Position numbers and translations under genes: made by a program | In this document: in pieces, positions 20,953-34,100 of the stretch | Position numbering within the stretch: position 1 is the stretch's first letter | How the letters are laid out: every line of letters begins with the position of its first letter | Notes under the pieces: model-generated | What the model was told of the DNA's origin: nothing | What the model saw: the letters and a program-made list of their open reading frames with translations, nothing else | Database searches by the model: none | Assembly: GCF_000142905.1 (NCBI RefSeq) | Contig: NW_013657659.1 | Coordinates: 151,487 to 215,486 of the forward strand | Length of the DNA stretch: 64,000 bases | From: Thecamonas trahens ATCC 50062 | Lineage: Eukaryota > Protista > Apusomonadida | Direction: 5' to 3'

Positions 20953-22899
20953 TCAGCTTGACGAGGATGACGAGATCGATGACGACGATCGCTCGGTGGT
21001 CGACGCACTTGCGCTGGAGGTGTGGTCAGACGAGACGGATGAGAGGGTCTTGATATCCTCAACGGCAGAGCTGACGTCGAGATAGGCGTGCTCGTCGATG
21101 TCAAAGACACTCAGGAGGCCCGTGGCCTCGTTGCGCCATGCATCACGGACCGGGCCACGGACAGCTGCAAGGCTGAGAGCAACGCTCTCGCTCGCCAGCC
21201 ACTCGATGACCTCCACCAGCGCCTCTATGCCGGTCGCGTCGATCGAGGCCACGCCCGACATGTCGATAACAAGCTTGGTCACCGGCCCGCCCGGCAGCCG
21301 AGTCCGCGGCGCGTCGGCCGAGACCGACTCCTCATCGCTCTCCTCTGACGCCGTCGAGCTTGTCGCCGAGTCTGCCGTCGCCGCTAGCGCTTCGCCATCG
21401 CCATCGTCTCGGACCACACCCTTGACTGCATCGACAAACCAGTGCGCGTTGCCAAAGAACAGCGGCGCGTCCATCCTCCATACACGCAGCCCACGTGTCA
21501 CCTCCAGCCCAGAGTACCGGTTGACGTTGCGCCAGACCGACGTGCCCTTGATCCGGCCGACAACCGCAGCGTGCGGATGTGCGGCTTGCTTGACAAAGAC
21601 CGCCAGCGAGAACGCAACCGCAATGAGAATGCCGTACTCGATGCCGAACACGAGCGTGGCCACAAAGGTCACAGACATGACCACAAAGTCCGGCTTGGAG
21701 ACGGCCCACAGGTGCTTGGCAGCCTTGATCTCAAAGAGCGAGGTGACAGCAGCCAAGATGACGGCGGCCAGGACCGCGTTGGGCAGATACTCAAAGAGCG
21801 GCGTGAGAAAGAGCAGAGTCGCGCCCATCAGCACCGCAGACACCAAGCCCGCAGCCTGCGTCCGCGCGCCGGCCACCGCGTTGACCGCCGTCCGCGAGAA
21901 GCCACCCACCGTCGGATACGATGAAAAGAAAGCGCCAACCATGTTCGCCGCACCGACCGCAAACAGCTCCAAGTTCGCGTCAAACTCGTACTGATACTTG
22001 TTGGCAAAGGCCTTGCCCACCGACGCCGTCTCCAGGAATCCGACCAGCGCCACCAGCGCTGCCTTGATCGCCAACCGCAGGAAAATGTCCCAATCAAACG
22101 ACGGCCACGCCGCAATCGAGAGGCCAGACGGAATGACTCCCACAATCTTGAGGTCGGCAGAGCTCTCCTTGTCCAGCCGCGCACCCCAGACAATCGCAAT
22201 TGAGATAATGACGACAACCACAACGCCAGGCACCAGCTTGATCTGCGACCACCGCCGCCCGGAAAACTTGAAGACAAGCAGGGCTGCAAACGCCAGGCTC
22301 GCCACAAGCACCGCCCACCAGTTGATATCGTCCCACCTGCTGATCACGTCTACAATCTTGCCCGGCACCGAGTCTGACGGCACATCGACCGCAAACACGT
22401 GCTTCAGCTGCGACGCTCCGATGATGATCGCCGCCGCAGAGGTAAACCCGGCAAGCACAGGGTGCGAGAGAAAGTTGAGCAGCGGTCCGGCAGACAGCGC
22501 ACCCATGATCATCAGCACCGCACCGGCAATCAGAGCCATCAGCGCCGCCACGCCCAGCCGGAACGCATCCGTGTCATCGGCGGCGTCAGCAAGCAGCGCA
22601 GCCTCCGCCTCCACAGCCTCGCCCACCATCAGCGACACAAGTGCCACAGGCCCGTGTGCCAGATGCGGCGATTGGCCGAGCATGCCATACATCAGAATCG
22701 GCACAAACGACGAGTACAGGCCAACAATTGGCGGTAGCGACGCCAGTTTGGCATACGCCAGACCCTGCGGAATGAGCATGGTGCCAACAGTCAGACCAGC
22801 CATGAGATCACGCGGGAGACTCGCCCACGAGTACGTCCTCAGCCATCCAAAGGGAATAGGGAGTTGCGGCATAGCCGCTATCACACTTGCCCACTTCAT
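20953..22899 (-). CDS. SLC26/SulP anion transporter with STAS domain
   Basis: DLMAGLTVGTMLIPQGLAYAKLASLPPIVGLYSSF, GGFSRTAVNAVAGARTQ; STAS motifs RMDAPLFFGN and IDMSGVASIDATG. Confidence 0.95.
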   Translation of the reverse strand: MKWASVIAAMPQLPIPFGWLRTYSWASLPRDLMAGLTVGTMLIPQGLAYAKLASLPPIVGLYSSFVPILMYGMLGQSPHLAHGPVALVSLMVGEAVEAEAALLADAADDTDAFRLGVAALMALIAGAVLMIMGALSAGPLLNFLSHPVLAGFTSAAAIIIGASQLKHVFAVDVPSDSVPGKIVDVISRWDDINWWAVLVASLAFAALLVFKFSGRRWSQIKLVPGVVVVVIISIAIVWGARLDKESSADLKIVGVIPSGLSIAAWPSFDWDIFLRLAIKAALVALVGFLETASVGKAFANKYQYEFDANLELFAVGAANMVGAFFSSYPTVGGFSRTAVNAVAGARTQAAGLVSAVLMGATLLFLTPLFEYLPNAVLAAVILAAVTSLFEIKAAKHLWAVSKPDFVVMSVTFVATLVFGIEYGILIAVAFSLAVFVKQAAHPHAAVVGRIKGTSVWRNVNRYSGLEVTRGLRVWRMDAPLFFGNAHWFVDAVKGVVRDDGDGEALAATADSATSSTASEESDEESVSADAPRTRLPGGPVTKLVIDMSGVASIDATGIEALVEVIEWLASESVALSLAAVRGPVRDAWRNEATGLLSVFDIDEHAYLDVSSAVEDIKTLSSVSSDHTSSASASTTERSSSSISSSSSS

Positions 22900-23173
22900 T
22901 TGTCTTGAGATTCCCAGTCAAGCCTATCACCGTCGTCGTCGTAGTATCTGTTGGTTGTCTTTGTTCTGTTGTGGCTCCTCTGCCCTTCGCCCCTGTCTTT
23001 TCCCTCTCTACCCCGCTTTGTTTTTGTCCTCTCTCACCCATCACCAATCAATTTGTCACCTGCGATGAGGCCAATCACCGGTCCAATCACAAATCCGTTC
23101 ACTCACCCCAATCACCGTCACCTCTCCGACACCTCTCCGTCACTCGTCACACAGTAGAGTTCGTTTTTCGGCC

Positions 23174-26100
23174 ATGTCTTGGTCCGACTCGGACGATGCT
23201 GACTTGTTGGCCTCCTCCGACGATGACCTCCTCATGGACATTGAGGTATCATCCATTTCTGAATGTAACCTCAACAGCACAGGTACGCCCCCCCCCCCTC
23301 TCCCCCCTCCCCCCTATGCATGATCTTGAGAGGGAAGAGGGTGTTTTCCCCTCTCTCTCTCTCTCTCTCAGCGCTTCGCACTGGTTCGGCTTCTTCCCCG
23401 TCAGGTGGCCACCAAACTTGCACGACTGCCGTTGCAAGGGGCCAAGTGTCAGACATCTCGTCGAGGCCCGACTTTGGCATGGGTACCCGAGACGGGGGCA
23501 AGCAGGCCAACCTTGTGTGCTGTTCTTCACCAGACCACGGTATAGGGCGTGTTATGAAGGGGAGAATGCGGTTGTGAAGCACCCCAGTTCTTGTTGCTAC
23601 TTACCTGTGGCTTGTGGTGCTGGTTATCCGTGGCTGCTCGTGGGTGGCGCGATCGGACTCTCCCGCGCACGGTGCTCCGGTCGGTGGGGGTTGGGGGTTT
23701 GCAGGCGCTACGCTCTCACTGGCTATGCACGGCCTGCACACATCAGACTCGTTGGATATTGACCATGTCTTGGCTGACTCTTCTGATGATGACATCTATC
23801 TTCCTTCCATCTCGCTGCCGGACGTGACTCTGGCCACGGCGCCGCCGCCTGCTCAGCCGGCTCCGCCAGCTCCAGCTCGGGCTGAGTCTCCTGAACGGGG
23901 TAAACGCATCGTCTCTCCCCCTTTCCCCCATTCATCTTGAGAGGGAAGAGGGTGTTTTCCCCTCTCTCTCTCTCTCTCTCTCAGCGCTTCGCACTGGTTC
24001 TGCTTCTTCCCCGTCAGGTGGCCACCAAACTTGCACGACTGCCGTTGCAAGGGGCCAAGTGTCAGACATCTCGTCGAGGCCCGACTTTGGCATGGGTACC
24101 CGAGACGGGGGCAAGCAGGCCAACCTTGTGTGCTGTTCTTCACCAGACCACGGTATAGGGCGTGTTATGAAGGGGAGAATGCGGTTGTGAAGCACCCCAG
24201 TTCTTGTTGCTACTTACCTGTGGCTTGTGGTGCTGGTTATCCGTGGCTGCTCGTGGGTGGCGCGATCGGACTCTCCCGCGCACGGTGCTCCGGTCGGTGG
24301 GGGTTGGGGGTTTGCAGGCGCTACGCTCTCACTGGCTATGCACGGCCTGCACACATCAGACTCGTTGGATATTGACCATGTCTTGGCTGACTCTTCTGAT
24401 GATGAAATCTATCTTCCTTCCATCTCGCTGCCGGACGTGACTCTGGCCACGGCGCCGCCGCCTGCTCAGCCGGCTCCGCCAGCTCCAGCTCCGGCTGAGT
24501 CTCCGCCAGCTCCGGCTCCGGCTGCGTCTCCGCCAGCTCCGGCCCCGGCTGCATCTTCGCCAGCTCTAGCACCGGCTGAGTCTCCGCCAGCTCCAGCTCC
24601 GGCTGCGTCTTCGCCAGCTCCGGCTCCGGCTGCGTCTCCGCCAGCTCCAGCTCCGGCTGCGTCTCCGCCAGCTCCAGCTCCGGCTGAGTCTCCGCCAGCT
24701 CCGGCTCCGGCTGCGTCTCCGCCAGCTCCGGCCCCGGCAGCATCCCCGCCAGCTCCGGCCCCGGTTGCGTCTCAGCTAGCTCCAGCCCCGGCTGCGTCTC
24801 CGGCTCGGACCGACGCTGCTGTCGTCGACAATCTCACACTTTCCACGTCACCACAGCATGCCCGCATGCTCACTCCTGAGCTTGAACCCTCGGCCTCGCT
24901 CACGTCCTCCGACACCGAATCGGACGCCTCTGCCATCCATCACGTCGCCAAATCTTCGCCCTCGCTCTCGCCCTCACCCTCACCCTCACCCTCGCCCCAA
25001 CCCCAATCGCTCTCACCACCATCCTCACTCAAGTCTACGGCCAAGACTATGAGCCAGGCTGCACCGGCTCTGACTCCTTTGCGTGACCGGGCAAACTCGC
25101 GAGTCCGGGGCCGCCGCCGGCCTACCCGCGAGCGCAAGAAGCCGGCCCCAACCCCCTCCCCAAGCCTGCCGCTGGAGGCTGCTGATCCGGAGCCGGCGGC
25201 CAACGAGTACGATCGCCCGGCGACGCCGAAGCGGAGCAAAGCCAACGTGCAGCAGCCAACCGCAAGGACTGCCGACCGCGGCTCGGCCCACGAGCGCTGC
25301 AAGGAGCAAGCCACTGCTGGCACTCCTGCTCGCGCTCTGCAAAACCCGATCCGCGATCATGTGCGCGAGCAAGCACGAGCTCGCCGGGCGTCCAAAGCCT
25401 TGACCCGCGCCTCACAGCTCGAGGCCCACGCCTCCGAGGCCGCACGCCGCGCCGCCATTCCCACGTCACCGGGTGTCCATGTACTTTCCGAGGCCGAACA
25501 GGACCGCCTCCGCCGCAAGCATCGCCGCCAAAGCCGGGCCTCGTCACGCCCGCTCTCAACGTTCGACTTGCAGAGCTCACCGGCCAACGCGGCCGCCGAT
25601 CCGGGTGCCTCGCTTGCGGTCCTTCCGCGCTCAATGTGGACTGCAGAGCGTCCGCAGCAGACCTCGTCTCGGGCCCGCCGGACGAAGCGCCGCTTGCACA
25701 AGCAACTCCATGTCACGTATGACCGCTCAATGTCGGCTGGCACCGTCGCTCGTCGCGGCCCGGACACCGAGCTCATCGAACGCATTGCTGCTGCCAAGCG
25801 CAAGGGGCGTTCATCGCGGAACAAAGGCTCGCGGGCAAGGACTCGGGCGCAGGCCGCGGCCAAGGCCCGCGCCAAGGCCGCGGCGGCGCTGATGTCGCCG
25901 GCGTCGGCCAGCCATGACTCGCGATCGCGTCCGCGGTCAGCGCCACGGGCATCGTCAAGCGAGTTCCACCTCTCTGGTCCGGTCCGCCTATTTGCTGTTG
26001 CTCGCACGCTCACCGCCCGGGATCCGCTAGCCCGAGCACGACCGCGGACGCCGTCGCCGCAACCTGCCAAGCCGCAGGCCAGGCCGCGCACCCGCGACGG

Positions 26101-28480
26101 CATTGCGTCGCCCGAAGCGCGCGCTCGCGAGGCCCGCATGCGGACTGCGGTCCGCATTGCTCATCAGGAGGCCGACGCTCGCGACGCGCATGTCCAGCGC
26201 TACCGCCGCGGCATCCCGCCATCGGTCGAGATCAAAGCTGTACACCATGGTGCACCCTCAGTCCTCTCGGCGTCGAACAAGGAGCAAATGCGTCGGCGCC
26301 GCGCACGTGAGGCTGCGGCTGCGCAGGCCAGCTCGGCCCGCAGGGCTCCTTCGGGTAGCAACTCTGACTCGGACGCACCGAGCCTTGGCGTCCACGACTC
26401 GCTCTCACCCAGTCCGCGTGTGTCTACCGCTCGCGGCTCGGCGCCGACGCCCGGTGGCACGCTCCCGCGGTCGCCGCGGCCGAGAGCTTCGTTGCACCTA
26501 CAGCCAGAGACGGAGGAGTACGAGTATGCTCACGAGTTGGATGGTGAATCGCGGCGTGGCGGCATGCCGGTCTTCAACGTCTCGCCGCCATCGTCGATCT
26601 CGAGCGCCGACTCACCCGCCGACCACTTGGTTGCAGGCGGCATCACCATTGTCGTCGACGCGAGCCACTCCGAGTCGTCGGCTCCACGTCCGGGTCCGCC
26701 GCCGGGCGTGTCGCGATTGCAGCTGTTGCAAAGCGACGTCACGTCGCAGCGGCGGGCCAACCGGCGCTCAATCTCGCTGCATGGCGGAAGTGGCAGCGGC
26801 AGCGGCGGCCGGTCGCGGGCTGGTACCCTCGCTGCGCCTAACATGACCAGGCCTGAGGCGCTGCTGAATGTCTCGGCACCGGTGGACGAGGTGTCGGCGA
26901 GCCACCTGCTTGCGCCTCACGCGATCCAGGCACGGGCGGGCGGGCGGCGGCGGTCGCGAGCGCTCTCTATGTCGGCTGGCCGCACCGCCCTTCCACCGCT
27001 CTCGCAAAAGGAGGCCTTTGAGCAGCTGCTCAAGTTTGAGCAGATCGGATCGTATCTCGAGGTACGTGCCGAGGCACGGCGAACGCCTGGGACCAAGTCG
27101 GCAAACGCTGCGTTGCTCTCACCGGCCTTGCAGCGGAGCAAGCGGTCGTCGTCGCGGGCCCGGTCCATTAGCATCAAGGGCAAGACCACGCCCGACGTCA
27201 CCGAGTATCCCGGGTACTGGGCCGAGCTCGACGCCGCGCCGCCACTGGAGACTGAGCTCTCGCGTGTTTACGGTGTGACAACGGTCAAGCAGGGCGCACT
27301 CGTCCGCCTCGTCGAGTACCTAGTGACTCGTCCGAATGACGAGCTCTTCGAGTCGGTCTTCTTCCTCAACTACCGTGTCTTTACCTCATCGCTCAAGGTG
27401 TTTGGCATGCTGCGGACGCTCTTTCACGCCACGGCTGCGCACGCGGGCAAGCTTGGCCTCGTCCTTCCGCAGCTTCAGTCGCGGGTTCTGGACCTCATCG
27501 GTGGCTGGGTCTCAGACTTTTACTATGACGACTTTGTCAGCACGCCGGCCATGGCGCGAGCGCTGGACCAGTTTGTGGCGAGTGAGGCGCCTGCCGCCGG
27601 GCTAAGTGAGGAGGCGTCGATGCTCCGCGAGCTCCGCGACTCGCTCTCGTACGAGCAGCACGCCGAGTTTCTGTGGCCGGAGAAGATGCCGGACCCGGTG
27701 TATCCTGACCTTGCCTCGGGCAACCAGCTCTCGGTCTACTCGTGCAAGGACGTGGAGATTGCGCGCCAGCTGACCGTCATCGAGTCGGGTATGTTCCATG
27801 CCATCCGCAAGCCCGAGTTGGTCGACACACCGTGGATGTCCGAGGAGACTTCGCTCTCGGCGCGCAACGTCATCGAACTCATCTCGTTCTTCAACAGGCT
27901 CTACCTCTGGGTTACTCTCGAGGTTATCAAGCCGTTCACAAAGGCCGAGCGCGCGCGTGCGTATGACAAGATGGTTGGCATCATGGGCGAGCTGTACAAG
28001 ATGCGCAACTACAATGCGACCATGGCCATTGTGGGCGCCCTCAACTCGGCGCCGATCCTTCGCCTCGCCCACACCCGCAAGCTCGTCTCGTCCAAGGCCC
28101 GCAAGCTGCTCCGCAAGGTCGAAGCTGCCATGTCCACCGAGCGCAATTACGGGAAGTACCGCGCCGTTCTCAACGCCACCCACCAGGCCGTGGTCCCGTA
28201 CCTCTGGCTCACCCTCCATGACCTTGTCCTTGCCAAGGACGGCAACGCGCAGCATCTCCGTGGCGCATCCAAGTCGGTCCTCTCCATGGCCCGCCACCTC
28301 ATGACCTCTAAGATCATCGACGATGGTGTCCTTCGCTTCCAACAGTACGAGTTCAACTACGAGCCCATTCCAGCCATCCAGGCTCTCTTCACCACCACCA
28401 AGCTACTTGACGAGGATGCCATGTACGAGGTCTCTCTCAAGCGCGAGCCTCGCGGCGCCGATGCCAAAGATGTGCCCTGA
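23174..28480 (+). CDS. RasGEF (REM + CDC25) with long disordered N-terminus; proposed join(23174..23282,23747..23899,24360..28480)
   Basis: REM: VKQGALVRLVEYL...FFLNYRVFTS...IGGWVSDFYYDDF. CDC25: EIARQLTVIE...MRNYNATMAIVGALNSAPILRL...VVPYL...KDGN. The 5' exons are inferred from GT/AG sites that are all phase 1, so the exon model is less certain than the domain call. Confidence 0.88.
23323..24504 (+). repeat. Near-identical tandem duplication of ~570 bp (period ~613 bp)
   Basis: 23323-23891 versus 23934-24504 differ by a few substitutions and (CT)n length. Confidence 0.95.
24460..24805 (+). repeat. 27-bp coding minisatellite (PAPAPAASP-type)
   Basis: About 11 imperfect copies inside the RasGEF ORF. 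Confidence 0.85.
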
Positions 28481-28651
28481 TGTTGCTTGTTTTAAACCCA
28501 CAATCACCATCCCATCCCATCATCTCACCACCCGCCGCCCGCCCGTGCGCCAACAGCCAACGAGCCAACACACGACCACCACGACAGCCAGCCACACCTG
28601 CCACTGCACCCCGGCCATCAGTCACTCCACTCCCCTCCCCTCCCCTCCGCC

Positions 28652-31043
28652 ATGTCGTCATGGTTCTCCACCGCCTCGTCCTTCCTCGACGCCATGGACC
28701 AGTCTGCCTCCACCAAACTCGAGCCACTGAAGAAGGCACTGGGTACGCCCTCCCCCTCCCCCCTCCCCCCCCCTCTCTCCCTCCCCTCCCCTCCTCCCGT
28801 CCCCTCCCTCCCGTCCCCTTTCGCCCTTCCCACCCTATCCCTCACCCTTCCTCTCCACAGACACCGATGCCGCCAACGACTCGTTTGCCGAGTTTGACGA
28901 GTTTGTGGAAGCCGACGACACAGCCACGCCTCCGGCCACCGTGGCTACCACGACGACGACGACGACGACGACTGCACCACCCGCCACATCCATACCCACT
29001 ACTACCACCACCAAGATCATATCCGCCACGCCTTTGTCTCCGATGAAGCCATCGTCTGTACAGGCACCACGCGTGCATGCAATGGCACCTGATCTGGCAC
29101 CGAATACAGGTACCGGTAGTGATGCAGCTGCCGTGGCTCTGGCAAGGGCTGGACTGGCTAGTGGATCAAGCTCGCCATCAGGAAAGAGCACTGCTGCGCA
29201 GAGTCTACGGCCGTCGCCGTTTGTGTCACGCTCGCCATCGGCCTCATCGGCCGATCTCATGGCCTTCCTCAACACCGGCTCGCCGTCCAAGCTGGCCGAA
29301 CCCGCCAGCTTGCCAGAGCTTGCCTCGTCGCCGACTGAGCGTGGCTCGGGCTCGGGTGCGGGCGCGATGAGCAGCGAGCTTACGGTATCACAAGAGCCCG
29401 CGCTTGTCGCGCCGTCGCCGCCCGCATCTGCCACGGCTGCGCAGGAGGAGGACGACGACGATTTGGAGACCGCGGTGCTGAAGCGCGAGCTTCGGACGGC
29501 GCGCGCGCGGAACACAGCGCTGCAGGAGACGCTGCGCAAGGCCAAGATTGCGGTCCGACGCTCCAAGGAGGCGGCCGCGGAACGCGAGGCCGAGCTGCAG
29601 GCAGCGCTGGCGGCAGGGGACAAGACCCAGGCTATGGTGGACGAGGCCAACGGCGAGATCAACGAGCTTAAGGCTGCTGCGGCCGGGCTTGAGGCGCAGC
29701 TGGCGTCGGCGCACTCGGCGAATCGTGACTTGCAAACCCAGCTGGAGGCTCGCAAGACGGCGCTCCTCTCGTCGGGCAGCCAGTTTGAGGAGGAGCGGGC
29801 GAGGCTGAGTGAGCGAATTAGCGAGCTCGAGGCCGAGGTTGCGGCTCGCGACGAAAAGGTGGCCGCAGCGCGCGGCGTGACGTCGGCCCGCGAGGCCGAG
29901 CTTGAGACCGAGCTTGCTGGCATGGCCGAGGCTCTGGGTGCAAGCCAGGCCGAGGCTGCAGCCGAAGCAGAGGCCCGTGCCGACGCTGTTGCCGGCCTCG
30001 CCGAGACCCGCGCCGCGCTGGCGTCGGTCAAGCGCGAGTTTAGCGAGTACCAGGCCCGCGCGTCGTCGGTCCTACAAGAGAACAACAAGGTCATTGCTGA
30101 GCTCCGAGCTGGCTCCAATGGCTTCGGCGGCCCGGGGGCTGCTACCGCTGCCGCCGGCGACGCAGCCCAGCTTCGGCTCGAGCGCGACGAGCTCAAGCTT
30201 GCGCTCGCATCCGCTACCGCACAACTTAACGAAGCAATGACCAGGTCCGAGGAAGTAGCCGTTGCTGCCGCCGCCGAGAAGGAGCTTCTGGTCTCGCAGC
30301 TCCGCGCCGCAACCGAGGCGGCGACCCGTGCAGAGGCTAGCGTGGCTTCGCTGGAGCGCGAGGCTGTGTCGCGGTTGCAAGTTGCGGCCGCTGCGTCTGA
30401 AGAGGCGCGCGCGGCCGAGGAGGCCACCAAGGCCGCGGTAGCAGCCGCAGCCGACCGCGAGGCACAGTTGCTAGCCCAGCTCGACTCGGCTCGCCGCCTC
30501 AAGCCCAGCGAAGCCGAGCTCCGCGAGCAACTGGCTGCCGTCGGCGACACTGTGTATGCCAAGCAAGCGGTCATCGAAGAGCTCTCGACTGAGAAGCAGA
30601 CGCTGATGCTGCGGCTGGAGGGGCTCGAGCGCGAGCTCGCTGCCCTCCGCAAGCAGCAGCCGGCCGGAGTCTCGCTCCCGGGCGCCACCCTTATCGACAT
30701 GCCCAGCTTTGACCAGCTTGATGACGGGGCCTACGCCTCGGGCCCACGGCATCGGTTCAAGCCCACCGCCGCCGCCCTGCCGTTCCTCGACGAGCGCAAC
30801 CCGAGCTCCGGGCCGGTAGCCAAGCGCGTCGGCTCGGCTGCGCGTGTTCTCGACACCTTTTCGCTCTCGCTCGGCGGCTTTCTGCAACGCTACCCGCTTG
30901 CCCGTCTCGGCGTCGTCGGCTACATGCTCATGGTCCACTGCCTTTTGTTCTGGGTCATGGCCTTTGTTTCACCCGAGATCCACGTCGGCGGGGGCGCTGC
31001 CCGCGTCCAGTCGTCGCCGGCCGCCCCGGGATCGCGCGGCTGA
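28652..31043 (+). CDS. GOLGA5: Golgin-84-like tail-anchored coiled-coil tether; join(28652..28742,28861..31043)
   Basis: N-terminal MSSWFSTASSFLDAMDQ motif, long coiled coil, C-terminal LGGFLQRYPLARLGVVGYMLMVH TM signature; phase-1 GTACGC...CACAG intron restores the frame. Confidence 0.85.
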
Positions 31044-31199
31044 GGCGCCTCGCCTCCTCCCCCCAAAAATGGTAGCTTTGCAAAGTTTAGCCAAGCCGAG
31101 CTGTCTTGGCTCTTTCCACCACCTGCAACCGAACCGGCTGCACCTGCCGTTGCCGTTGCCGGACATTCCTCTTCCACAGCCTCCCCAGCTTGGCGGACT

Positions 31200-34100
31200 A
31201 TGAGAAGTGTTCAGCGCAGCATGCATGATCTCGGCCATACCCATGCTGCCGTGGACGACCTTGGGCGTCCTCCCTGTGGCCTGTCTGCTGCTGCCAATTC
31301 CGGGAGCGCGCAGACCACGTGGTGTCTGTTTTCGCGAAAGTCTCGCGCCGTCAGCAGTATTTTTGCTGTTTTTGCTCTGTTTGCTCTCGTTCTCTTCACT
31401 CCGGTCAGGGGCAACTCGGCTCCGGACCTCCCACAGTGTCGCAGCGAGATCACGGCGCCGCGTCATGTTGCGGTCAGCGGCTCTGCGTCGGGTACGGCAC
31501 AGGCAGCGCGGGTGGCGATTTTTGCCGATGTTGACGGCGACGGCCTAAACGAGCTGGTCGTCCCGGGCGCCCATCTCGGTTGGCGCAAGTACAACGCCAC
31601 CCTCAACGAGTATCTTGCGATCAATACTATCTATACGCCCGAAAAGGGCCTCGTGTCGGACATCCGCGGTTTGGCAGCCACCGACGTCGACGGCGATTCC
31701 GACCTCGACCTCGTCGCGACAATGTTTGCCGCTGACGCCATCTTGTGGTTCGAGAACCTCGATGGCGCAGGCTCGTTTGGCCCTCCGCAGCGGGTGGCCA
31801 TGGCGGATATCAACGGTCCCAAGGGCGTGGCCACGGGTGATATGGACGGTGACGGCGATGTGGACGTTGTCGTTGCGCTCAATCTTGACCACGAGATCGC
31901 GTGGTTCGCCAACATCGATGGTGCCGGCATGTTCTCGGGCAAGAGGGTGCTGCCGTCGCTGACGCAAGGCGTCGAGGTTGTTGCGCTCGCCGACGTGGAC
32001 GGGGACACCTACATCGATGTTGTCTTTGCCTCGTACTCGGACGACAAGGTCGGCTGGTTTCGCAACACCGACGGCGCCGGTGCCTTTGCCTCGCATACTG
32101 TGGTGGTGGCATCCGATGGCGCGGCTGCCGTCGTTGCGGCCGATGTAGACAACGATGGCAACATCGACATTGTGTACGGCGGCTACTGGGACAACACCGT
32201 AGCGTGGGTGAGGAATACCGGCGGTGGGACTTTTGGCGGACCACAGGTGGTGACCGCAGCGGCGAGTGGCCTTGCAGCCATCGCTGTTGTTGATGTCAGC
32301 GGCGACGCCAAGCTCGACATTGTCGTTGCCTCCGAGTCCGACGACACGTTGGCGTGGTTTGAGAACACCAATGGTCTCGGGAGCTTTGGTAGCGAGCAGG
32401 TGGTGAGCTCCGGCCCGACGACCAATGGTATTGTTGGGCTGGGTGTCGGCGACGGCGACGGCGACGGCGACATCGATCTTGTCGCCGTCTCCCGCTATGC
32501 CTCCAACATTGTCTCGTGGTTCGCCAACAACGGCAGCGGGGAATTTGTAGGTGCCAACGTCGATCATTACGTCAACAATCCCTTTGGTACGCTTCCCGTG
32601 GACCTCGATGGTGATGGTGACTACGACGTGGTCTCCGCATCCTCTGGGCTCATTTCCTGGTACCCAAATGTCGACGGTCGCGGGCAGCTCGGAAGCCAGC
32701 GAGTTATTTCGGCCGCGCCTGTATCTCAGTCTGTGATTGCCTTTGACGTTGACGGCGACGGCGACCAGGATCTCGTCGTGGCGCCGCTACCGACTCACGG
32801 CGTGTCGTGGCTGGAGAACGTCGACGGGGCGGGCACGTTTTCGGCACCGCAGACCATTGTCGTGGGCTTGGTTTTAGCCGAAGCTGTTGCTGCAGCCGAT
32901 CTAGACGGCGACGGCTTTACAGACGTCCTTGCTTGCGGCGCATTGTCTGCCCAGTGGTTTCAAACTTGGGCGGGACTGGAAGTTTCGGGTCCGGTAGTGT
33001 TTCGTTTGACATGCCGCCTGGGGCCAAGTGTGGTTTCGCTGCTGTCGACGCCGACTCTGACGGTGACATGGATGTCGTGATGGGCCGTGACACTAACATT
33101 GTGCTCTTCTTCAACAACGGAAGCGGGTCCTTTGCTCCGGGCCTCACCATCGCCGACGACTCGGAACCTTTTTCGAGTTTGGCAGTGGGAGACGTCAATG
33201 ATGATGGCTTGCTGGACGTGGTGGCGTGCAAGGGCAGAGTGGTCCTGTTCCGTAACTCGCCCGGCATACCCGGGCTCAGTGCGGCGGTGGCGGTAACGAG
33301 CCAGCTTGCAAGTCCCGAAAGCGTGGCGCTCGGAGATGTCGATGGTGACGGAGTTATTGATGTGGTGGTGAGCCACAAGGATCCGAACATTGTAGCGTGG
33401 ATGCGCGGGCTGGGGAGTGGAAGCTTTGATAGAGTGCAGCAAGTGTCGCCTACGGTCGAAATCGTGTTCTCTCTCTCTGTCGCAGACATGGATGATGATG
33501 GCGACGGCGACTTTGTGTATTCGGAGAGAGTCCTGAATGCTGTGGGGTGGTATGAGAACACCGCCGACGTTGGTGCCAACTATGGCGACACTATGGAAAT
33601 CAGTAGTCAGTTTGAGGTCTCGGCGATCGCAGCTGTGGACGTTGACGGAGACGGAGACCTGGACGTCATGGTAGCGGCACTAATCGCGTCGTTGGACCAC
33701 TTTGACGTGGCGTGGTACGCAAACATGGATGGCGCGGGCCAGTTTGGGCCACGGCAACTTGTTTCGAATCGCGGCGAAAGTGTGACAGCCCTGCTGGCAC
33801 TTGATGTAGACAGTGATGATGACCACGACGTTGTGTGGGTGGGGTTTGACTCCAAGTCGATCGAATGGCAGCAGAACTTGGATGGAAGGGGGAGCTTTGG
33901 CCCGCCGATGGCGGTTGTAACCGACACGTCTTCTGTTGCGTATCAGCTGGACGGAGCGGATTTGGACGGCGACGGCGATGTTGACCTTGTGGCGGTGGGT
34001 CTGGGAAGTTTCAAAACTCTGGCGTGGTTTGCCAACACCGACGGCGGCGGCACGTTTGGAGCCGCACAAACCATTTCTGTTACGTCTACGGAGCTCGGAA

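Noticed and set aside
10350-20961. Long plus-strand ORFs antisense to NF1 and the BCH gene (e.g. 12725-14665, 14708-16309, 18550-20961)
   Set aside because: These are shadow ORFs expected from high GC3 codon bias; the same applies to most overlapping ORFs in the window.
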